In this document: piece after piece, positions 51,223-61,610 of the stretch | Position numbering within the stretch: position 1 is the first letter of the stretch | Layout: the number at the start of each line of letters is the position of its first letter | From: Lingula anatina | Lineage: Eukaryota > Animalia > Brachiopoda | Reading direction: 5' to 3' | Assembly (NCBI GenBank): GCA_051362555.1 | Contig: CM120644.1 | Location: forward strand, 14,034,567 to 14,098,566 | Length of the DNA: 64,000 nucleotides | The notes under the pieces: generated by a model | Databases searched by the model: none | What the model was told of the DNA's origin: nothing | Seen by the model: only the letters and a program-made list of their open reading frames with translations | Position numbers and translations under genes: made by a program

Positions 51223-51846
51223 ATTGCATTGTGAAGATTGCCTGGACGATCTTTAAAGGTGAACTAATGATGCTTTATGTGGGATTTTTTTTTACAATTT
51301 GATCTCAGAAAAAGCTAATAATTTTTTTAGGGAAATCCATTAAGCTGTTTTTATAACTCAGTTTTGGACCTCATTTATTATTCCAGGGTTTTGTAAATTG
51401 GTCTAAATCATAGCTATTTTTCATTCTAAAGAGAAACAACTGCAAGCTAGGCTAGGCTTATTATAATCCCATCTTTATCTTAGCTTGTATAATTTTGAAG
51501 TGTACTGCTCTCTATGTAAATTTTAATTGAAATTAATTGATTCGATCTGGACAGTATTGTTTAATTGATTGATGCATAATTTGCTCCACAATGTCTGCAT
51601 GGATTAATCAGACTTGGGTAATTAACCTAAGGATGAGTGTGTGTAATTATGTGAATTTGGCAGCTGCAAAAATCATGATCATTATTTGATATGAGTAAAT
51701 TACTATTAGAAGGCACAGATATCATTAGTGAAATAGAGAAATAATGATAATGATTGCACAAGATACAATTTATTACGAAGTTGCTTCTATTTCTTAGCAG
51801 CAGCTGGTTAGGATTCTATTCTGCATGTCTGGTAAATGTTGGGTTG

Positions 51847-52013
51847 CAGGCCCGTAGCCAGGGGGGTTCCGGGGGTTCGAAAGAACCGCCCTATTTGACA
51901 GGAAAAGGTCCATTTTGGGTAAAATTTTATCTAGGTACGCATAAGTTTCATTGTAAAAGGTTGACTTTTTCAGAAAAAGAACCCCCCTTTTTAATTTGCT
52001 TGCTACGGGCCTG
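51847..52013. mobile_element. 167-bp MITE with 5-bp TSD (hAT-like, distinct family)
   Basis: TIR CAGGCCCGTAGC...GCTACGGGCCTG; TSD GGTTG at 51842-51846 and 52014-52018. Confidence 0.85.
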
Positions 52014-54913
52014 GGTTGTTTCATGTAACTTTGTCAATGCCATAGTTTATTTACATGTATATGTAAGAAACATGATTAGGATCAGGAAATGTTTTCATTT
52101 TTTATATAATTGAAATTCGCCTCAATGAAACTAATTGACAAAATGTGGTAAACTGATGGAAGTTGATCCTTTTTTGTTTTTGAAATAAGAGGTTAACTTG
52201 GTATTTAATTTTTAAAGCAAATGGTTGCCATGATTCCTCAGGCTGGTTAAAATGTGGAACACACTTTATAAAAAAGAAAAGAATTAAAACAATCATCCCA
52301 CGAATTAGGATTGAGTATTTTATCAAAGCTAATCTGCAGTTGTCATTGTAAGAGTCTATAAACCTCAGATTTTAAACTATGCATTTCTGTGTTTGCATTT
52401 GTGTGTGTGTGTATACATGAAGAAGCAGGATTAACACTTGATTTGTACTGATGTACCCTCAACAGATCTTTTGTGTAAAAAAATCCCAAGCTTTCTTAAA
52501 TCCAGTTACACTAGCAGGTCGTCAAATTCGATCCTCTTTATCCATATTTTTCAGAGAAAATTCCTGTTTTTTTTTTTCTTTTTTTTCTTCGTCTAGAAAC
52601 AATTTTATGTGTCAAATCAAATGTTGTTTATTAGAAAGTAGAATGTGTTGATACCATATATAGTCAATATTGAATTGTTTATGAACATCTGGAGAAATTT
52701 ATCAGAAAAGTTGACTCAGTGAGCTTGGACCCTACATGCCTTAATTGCTAAAGTACAGTGCAGTATTAGGTGCAAAGATTACTCGAATTTTTTGGTACTA
52801 CATATTATACATTAAATAACTTGATGTTAAGATGACAACATATGTGGATCACGCTGAAGCTGTTGACTTAGCGTCAGACTCAGACCTGCTATACTTGTCA
52901 TATTCGTGAGCAGTGGGATGCCATTTGAAAGGTCATTATCCTCACACAAAATCGGGGGATTGAGTTTTCCTGCTGTGCGTGAGTTCATGCATCAGTACGT
53001 AGTTAATTTTTGCCATAGATTGAGAAAATCTGACTATTATTTTATAACAACAAATTTATGCATGCATTGGGGCACCATTGTCCCTGGGGGTGGATGAAGA
53101 CTTAAAGTCAACTGCGGTAAATAGGTTGATTAGTCTTATATAAATAATGATCTCTTGTTAATATGGCAAGGTTCAGTTGTAATAAGGTTGCAAATGCACC
53201 TAGAGATTTTGCTTCCGTAAAAGATGTTTATTATTATTATTATTATTGTTATTATTATTATTATTATCAAACTGCAAATTCGCCATATTCTAAGAAACAG
53301 TATTTGTTGTCATTCTGGGAAACTGTTACAAAATCTTCTAGTATTTATTTCAGAAGCTATTTTGTCATGTGGTAAAATTTCTGTGTGCATGAATTTCTGG
53401 GAAATGGAAGGTGGAACTGTTAATAGTAGATGATTTGACGATGATTAAATTTACTCAGTAAGCATATATTTGTTTGCTTGTTTTCCCCGAATACACAAAA
53501 GCCTTTTTTTCTAATGTAGTCATTTTTTAAAGATACCAGTAAGTATGAACATATATTGATGAAAAAATTTATCCTGTGACTGAAGTCGTATTATTTAGAC
53601 ATTTCCTATTAAAAATCAATAACTGAAATCTTGTTATAAAACAGGTACAGTTCTTCTTAGCGCGTCAACACCTCATATTATTGATGCTTTATATTGTAAA
53701 TAAAGATGATGAATTTATTTAATAGATTATTAATTATTTTTTTAACAATCTAACTCCTGTAGCTTACGTCAACATGTCATCCATATGATGAAGATGCTTT
53801 GATGAGTAGTGGAAATGTCTCACCTCATGGGAAAATAAATAAAATAATATAAAGTAAGATTAAAATTAATAAAGGCATTCGAGGCATTCACAGTTTGCTG
53901 AAGGAACTTGGTCTTAAAGACTGAAAAAAATGGACACTCTGCCCTTCACTGATAATTCACCAATTCCGTGTCTTTCCTGCATTTAATGTCTGATTATCGC
54001 CGGATTGCATGTGGTGCCTGACTTTCATTTTATACTTGTGGCTTGGTCATCAAAAAGATGGAAAAATGAAAAAGTAAGATGAATAATGATATAAGTGTGT
54101 TGGTTACTTGGAAAGATGGAGCAGGGGGTGGGTAGGGATCCATCTTTTTTTCTAATTTTTGGTAATTTTATAGGGATTTTTATAATTTTTTAGAGATTGA
54201 AAGACTTTGCGTAAGGTCACATGAATGAAAACAACTTTGACTTTTTCATTTGGTATAGCTGTTCAATTTACATTTTCTATATGAGCTGTTTATAATGCAA
54301 ATCAGAAATGGTATGGCAAAAAAAAAATGGATATTTTGGGGTTTATCTCCATTTTCAGCAGTAATTATTAATTTAAAAAATGAATTTCTATGGCAAAAAA
54401 TAGTTTGTGACTATGCAGCTACATGACAGTACATATATATTCTTGAGAGGAAAAAATCCAGGATTGTTGAGTAATAAGAAAAGTGCATGTGCCTCGTAAT
54501 TATCTGTAGGCAATCTAAGTCGGTGAGATGGAATGCATACGTCAGGATTCATGAATTATAGATGACAAAAAGGAAATAGTGTGAAGGCAAAAAAAGAAAA
54601 GGAAAATCTTGATGAATGTATCCAGCAGCTCTCGTGCTCTTCCCGCTGATGGCCATGCACAAATGTGTTCTTAACCACATTGCATTGCACATATATGCAT
54701 GATAATATGTAAATACATGTGCATGCGCATGATAATAAAAAGACATGGGCACATATAGATATATGCATACATACATACACATGCACACACAAATAAGGGA
54801 TGCACACACCAAAACTTGACTCGCGCATATTCGCATAAAAGCACACACATATTACACACAAGGATACCAGATGCACATGACTGAACACACACACACACAC
54901 ATATGCATGTACG

Positions 54914-54945
<32 letters not shown>

Positions 54946-55229
54946 CGCACAAAGTCTTTTCCATAAGCTATTATTAACATTCTAAATCAACAAAATTTTG
55001 ACCGTGTTGATTCAAAAGCTTGATTCTTCTATTTATTGTGATGATAATACACTGTACATGTGATTTATATCCACCAAAATAGCAACTTGATGTGGCATTC
55101 ATACCAATAAATATTGATATATTTCTCTGATGCTCTTTCTCTTATAGGTAATTTTCACATCTTTATCATCAGTTTATTTCTTGAGAGAAACATGCCAGAT
55201 GTTGCATGTATACACATGTGTGCCAGTAT

Positions 55230-55233
<4 letters not shown>

Positions 55234-55278
<45 letters not shown>
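55234..55278. repeat. (GT)n microsatellite within a degenerate purine-pyrimidine alternating region
   Basis: Direct reading. Confidence 0.95.
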
Positions 55279-55279
<1 letters not shown>

Positions 55280-58200
55280 TTGGTGTGACTCCCTTCCATA
55301 TTTGTCTGTTTATGTACACGCGCATGCGTACATGTGCAAATGCATGTACCGGGTACATGTGCATATGCATGTAACTGTGCATCATAAGACTGGGCCAGTT
55401 CACACATGGAACAGACTAATTGTTATTGTTGTTGATATAAAATCCAATTAAATGTATGTTTTTTTTAGAATTTTTCATTTCATTTACTATAATTTGGGTT
55501 ATCCCTGAGACTAAATTCTAACCATATTTTCAGCCATAATAAAGACCACATTATCCTCAACAAGACATGTCTTAAACCTGCTTAATATCCTCCAAGGATA
55601 CAGCTCCTGAGGCCAGATAGTTATATAAACAACTCTTTTCCTGAAGGCTGTCTCTTCACTTGTTCTTTATTACTCATACCCTTTTAAGTGCCCTTGTGCA
55701 AAAACAAGCAAAAAAAAAAATTGACGTAAAAGAAAGATCCTCATTGGATTGACAGCTGCGCAGGTTGGTGTTATCCCAAGGGAATTGTGGGACAGATCTG
55801 ATTGCAATTTTCCCGACCAGATGGAATGAGCCATTAATCTCCCGTCTGAGACGAAATTGCCTCATTTCTGTATTGCGTTTTATTAATAGTACACCGCAAT
55901 TATGTTTGTGGGGTTTTTTTTCTATCCAAGGTCAAGCTGGAAAGTTTACTGTTTGGAAAAAGTGCAGTAATCTGGAATTGTTATCCTTGGTATTATTTTT
56001 ATGTTAACTTTATCAGGTTGATATCAGATGTTAGATACTAAGATTTACTGTGACAGTGTTCTGAATAATGAATGCAATATAATCTTGCAATAGAATGCCT
56101 AGTCTACATTGTTCTGTACACAATATTACTATTTAAAAATCACATTTTTAAGTCAAATTTATTTCTTTAAGAAAAAATGGAAGAAAGAAATATACCCAAT
56201 CAGTGATACATCTGTCAGTCAGTTACTAGTATTTTTCTTTTGCTTCGTAGTCGGATTGATCCAATAGTCTTTTGCTTTTGGGGTATTTTACATAGTTTTT
56301 ACTGGTTCGAAGTTTTCTACAACTCTCAAACAGAATGATATCCCCATGATAGTAATTGTCCATGTATAGAAGTACTGAAATACGGGGCCGATGTACTTGT
56401 GTTGAAGTTCTGCAGTTTGATGATATTTGCCCAATCTGATCAATAGAGGTTGCTGTAATATTTTCTTAATTAATGTACAGCACAGCTCAGTGTGTGTTTG
56501 CGTCTGGATCTTCTGAGTCTGAGTGTTTAATGATTGGGTTGGAGTCTTCAGTTTCTCCTATAGATAATCTATACAGGCGCACATTTTTATGGCCTCCCAC
56601 GCTGTGTGTACAGAGCACATGTACACGTAGATGCTCCATCTTGTCGTGTATTATGGGCAATTCATGCTGAACGACTCCATGCACACACACACACTCAATA
56701 CACACTCACACACACACAGGTTTGCATGCATTTGTACATGAAAAAGCCCTGGCATACTCTTATGCATGGACACATGCACAAACATACGCATATGCATACT
56801 GCAGTCAAAACACCATACTATATGTGTACCTCTTTTTGACAATGCGTGTACCCACAATCAGGGGTCCACGAAACAAATTTACATACTTGAGAACAGCTGC
56901 TTAACCTCCCACCCCTCCAGTTCTAGTCAATTAATCTAATTTGCCACACAAATCAGAATCTATTGCCTTTTGCCTGACATTCTGCTATCTGGTAATGGCA
57001 TCTTTTATCTATAATGCAATGGTTATGAAATGGGTGGTAAGATCTTTGTTAGAGTGTTTTATTTTTTTGGGAGGGTGGGGGGGGGGGGGTGGGAGGGGTC
57101 AGTTTAAAAGGATAATAAATTTTTGTATGAGATTCATGAATATATCACAACAAATACCTTGTAAAAAACTCATAGAAATGTAATAAATTCCATTTTACCA
57201 CCAAAACGATGGTTATCCCAAATTATTGTTGAATCTGTGCTTGCCATCAATCTGTGCTTGCCATCAGACACATGGACCTTCATAGATGGCTATGTTCATA
57301 AGATACTAAAAGAAAAAAAAAACTGCACCACTAACTTTGAACAGTGGAATGGATTCATTAACCATTGATGAGCATGGGAAAATAATTCTTTACCTCAGGA
57401 AAAAAAAAAAAAAGTGCAACCTCGGCTTTTGATGTACTTGTCCGCTTTATTGGATAAAACCTCCCTAGTCTCAGCTGGTTTGATAATTACCAGTATTGCG
57501 ACTAATTTCCTGGATTTCAGATTTTCCAAAATTGTCACAGCATGCTTCAAGGCAATTACTTCTCATGTCTGAGCATTAAGACGTCAGTCAAATATTGCCA
57601 TCATGTGTATTTATTTGTCATGTTTTTTTTAACGTAGTGCATTCTTTGGTTGTGCAATATATAAGACTGCATCATTCTTTGTTTTATTATTTTAATAATA
57701 TTTAAATTAAAAAAGTGCTTTAAAATATTCTTTTGCTGCTGAATTTCTATATACTTGTTCTTAAACGTAAATTCAGTAACACACAGTTAATTTCGAAAAC
57801 TGACTCTATAGAGATATATGGGAAGATAGTTTTTGAATTTTTGATCTTTTGAAGTGAATTACTATTATACTGTTTTGTAACCTTGTCAACAGATACATGT
57901 ATCTTGAAAACTGAACAGATAACATTACCCGTCAGAATTTTTAAAAGTTTGTCAATAATTTTACATATGGTCTGGAGATCTGGAGAATTATGACTATCTT
58001 TGTCAGTACATGTACAGGCACAAATTTTACAAAGGTTTTGACCTAACATCATGGGATATTCCATAAGCATAGATTCTTTTATGTAAATGTGAATAATAAA
58101 ATCAATACAATTTTTAAATATGCTGATTTTTTTTCTTCAAAAATTGAGAAGTCAGAACTTCTGCATTGCCTTTTTAAAAAATCACTTGTTTATCAAGGGT

Positions 58201-59580
58201 GATGAATCACTGTTGTACTAAATATGTTAATTAACCTTCTGAAACAACATATTTTATATAAGAGTACATAACCGCATTGCTTTCTTATGAGTCCAAGGGG
58301 CAACAATACAAAGCAATGCAGTACTTAGTACTCTTTAGAAATTGCTCATAGCACAGTGCAAATGCCATATTCTTTTCTTAGCCATAATTGGCCACAAGGG
58401 ATACAGTATCGTTGCTCTCGGGAAATACTCGCCATGTGGTGATTAAGATATTGAGTGACATTTACGGGCTATTGGAACTGAAGTCGCCCTTCTGCTCCAT
58501 TGCGGAGGACCCATCTATTTTTTTTTTCTTTGTACCGAGTGTTTGCTACAGGGAATGTAATTAAAGTGGTTTAGTTTGTGTAGTGGATGAAATAAAACTA
58601 AATGACCCGTGATGTAAAATGACTAATATGATGTATGTCTTAGAGGATGATGTGGGTAATTACTTTATTGTGGTTGATGGCATGTCCAGTGATATGTTTT
58701 TGTTTGTTTGCTTGCTTGTTTGTTTTTTGGGGGACTGAGTGTTCACTTCAAGGATATAATTTTAATTATAAAGTGACTGCATTAATTAAAAGCGAAGTGA
58801 TTTACTAGTGCTACATATGACTGCTGAAGAAACTACAGTTTGGTCATAACCTGTATATCAAAAATATCGAGGCCCATTATAAAGTTTTACTACATTTTCA
58901 AAGTGAAAAAACTACCAGCAAAATTTTCAAGACGAACTAAATTTTCAAGTGTGTTCATGTATTTTTGTAGGTTATTCAGGGGGTGGTCTTCTTCTGAAAA
59001 AGTGAACATGAAACATTCGTGCACCTAGTCTAAGATAAAATTTGATCTGGAGGGGACCTTTTCCTGTCAGAACTTAGGGTAGTTTGTTTGAACCTCACAG
59101 ACCTCCCTCCCCCCCTTCCCCTTGCTGTGGGTCTACACACATAACTTGTCTGTGTTTGGGGTTAAAGTTCTAACTTCCCTGATTTCATGCTGTTGGAACA
59201 CAGGTACATGTAATCCAGGTGATAATAAAAGCAATCAAACCACATAATTTGTATTTTGCTTACGTAGATCTGATGTACCTTTGTGGTCAATAATTCGGGT
59301 ATAATTTCTGGTGTGTACATAAAAGAGAAGTATGGTATGTTTGTGTATACTGCAGGTAGAAATGTGCTTTAGACGAGATTTCAGGACCTGAAGGTGCATT
59401 TACTTTTGGGTCTCTTTTGGATAACCCTTTATTCTGTTATATGGCAGATAGATGATTGCTGAAAATAGTTTCACTTAATAAAATATTAAAATAAATAAAT
59501 GAAAAGTTTGGCAAAAAAAATGCTGAAATAATGATAATAAAATGGGTAAATAAAGCCAAATTTGATTTAACAGCCACATT

Positions 59581-59674
59581 CCCTTACCAAAAAGTCTTAT
59601 AGGATCCTATAAGATCCTACAGGATTCTATAAGAAATTGGCCTTATAGGATCCTATAGGACTTTTTCGTTAGGG
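59581..59674. mobile_element. 94-bp CCC-ended MITE with subterminal repeats (CMC/EnSpm-like)
   Basis: TIR CCCTTACCAAAAAGTC / GACTTTTTCGTTAGGG; repeated TATAGGATCC motifs; TT on both flanks (2-bp TSD). Confidence 0.7.
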
Positions 59675-59863
59675 TTTGTCTTCTGTCTACTTTCTATCAC
59701 AGCATGGATTCTAGAATATGTTATCCATGGCCATGCAGTATGTTATGGAAACAGTTAAAATTCATTAGACCATACACAACAGGAAATCTTGTTTTGGAAA
59801 TTAAAAAAGTTAGCACTTAGCAATTCAACATGTAGATTTATTACTTTTATTGGTGTATTTCAG

Positions 59864-59926
59864 GACCGATTACTTTCGAGGCTAGACCACCATGAACCAG
59901 AACCTGCAGAAACAGAAGATGAAGAG
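59864..59926 (+). CDS. Probable downstream coding exon of the same unidentified gene
   Basis: Acceptor tatttcag| and donor GAG|GTACAG bound 63 nt, phase 0-0, encoding DRLLSRLDHHEPEPAETEDEE. It joins exon 42141-42221 in frame to give a continuous heptad pattern (ERELKLLNQKI-DRLLSRLD). Confidence 0.6.
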
Positions 59927-60412
59927 GTACAGTATAGTTCACAGTAAAAAAAAAAATACAATGACAAAAATTGAATAATTGTAAATTTAAGTGTTTTATA
60001 GCTGAGCAGCTGATAGACAGAGGGACGAAGCAAATGTCAGAGAGATGGACAATAAACAGAAAGATGAGGGTGGCATGTCAAGATATGGTGCCGCTGAATA
60101 TATACCAGTACAGATGAATAAATGGACAGAGAGGCAGACAGACGGATAGAAAAACGTAAATTAAGCATTTATACACAATGATTTGAAAACTGAACTGTAC
60201 ATGTTCTATATCCGTATGCTTCCTCATGTGCATTTTCGGGTGTGATTTCTTTCAAAAGGGTTTTTTTTTAGTTGCACACAATTTTTGGGGGGAGGGGGGA
60301 AGAGGGGGAGGGGGTAATGATGCAATACATCTCAGTTTTCTTTCTGATTTTTCTCATATCTAAGGAAGTGAAACAAAACAATTACAAGAAGGAGTTTCCA
60401 GTGTCTGCCAGT

Positions 60413-60447
<35 letters not shown>

Positions 60448-61019
60448 GTACACTCCTCAAGGGTAAAATGTAAGTACCCTGGTTTCGCATGTGTAATTAT
60501 GACGTCATTTATGATGTTAGAGAGAACCTTGCTTTCACCGTAATGACATTGTCAAATGAAGTGTACTGCTTAATGCATTTAGCTCGTAAGAAGATGTGAT
60601 TTGTCCTCATAAATTTTGCAGGACTGCATAACGGCAGTGGCAGTTGCAATTCTCGTCAGTGTAATTGGCAGGGAAGTGGAGCATTGAGATTTGTGCCTGG
60701 TTTTTCCAGGGCAAGGCTAACTACACTGTATCATAGAAGAACGCGTTATGTAGCAAATCTACCATGTATAAATGATGATTGTGCACTATGCAGTGCAAAT
60801 GGAAATAAATAAAAATGATACCAGAAATAATAATAATAATACTAATCAAAATAATAATAGCATAAATAATTTTAACTCTTATACATTAACTACCATATCT
60901 ATCATCTATAGAATTGTCGTCTCCATTCATTTCTTAAAATAAGTTCTAGTATGTTTGCTGAGATTTATTATGCTCAGTCTGGGTGATGGATCTTTAGCAG
61001 TTATTTCAATTGTCCAGAA

Positions 61020-61022
<3 letters not shown>

Positions 61023-61081
<59 letters not shown>
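61023..61081. repeat. (TA)n microsatellite
   Basis: Direct reading. Confidence 0.95.
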
Positions 61082-61085
<4 letters not shown>

Positions 61086-61372
61086 GTACTCAGTCGAATA
61101 CCAATTATGGTCATTAAAATGAATATGTCTAAAACGACAGAACCAAAGTAATTTATATTTAAAAATTAGATTTCTGAAAGCGTAACAAATCATACATGCA
61201 TTTAAAAAAGATGATATGTTTAATATGTTTTGTAGTGATTAAAACAACAAAGTTTGTGGAATGGGGAACGAGTGCTTAAGTATGCATGTGTGCGTTTTAG
61301 GAGTAGGTTGGGGGTGGGGGGCATAAAGGGGTATAGACACACAGCACACAGTCTTCATAAGTAACCATCATA

Positions 61373-61610
61373 GGGTGCGTTCACATTGAGACCATGATAC
61401 TTGGTAGATACATCCAACTCTGTGGGGACTCTCGCTGAATGCAGTCAGATCAACAAAATGACACACCTCCTCCAGCAGCTAGGGCGTGAATAACTTTTTG
61501 CATGATGCTCGAGGTATGTCTTTCATGCAGTTAATGATTGCATTCAGTGAGAGTTCCATGTGGAGTAGGATCGATCTACATAGAGCAAAAGTTTCAATGT
61601 GAATGCAGCC
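61373..61610. mobile_element. Foldback MITE (shared inner motif group)
   Basis: Outer IR GGGTGCGTTCACATTGAGA / TTTCAATGTGAATGCAGCC; inner GGGGACTCTCGCTGAATGCA / TGCATTCAGTGAGAGTTCC. Confidence 0.75.

Noticed and set aside
50759-51302. Duplicated Leu/Cys-rich ORFs resembling leucine-rich repeats
   Set aside because: They are a by-product of the short-unit tandem array and lack splice signals.
54549-55451. Cluster of Cys/Val/His-rich ORFs
   Set aside because: They are translations of (CA)n/(TG)n low-complexity DNA.
56210-56705. Coding-like stretch with 70-80-codon open frames on the minus strand
   Set aside because: No recognisable domain and no convincing splice sites; it may be a decayed transposon or pseudogene fragment. 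TBLASTX would be needed.
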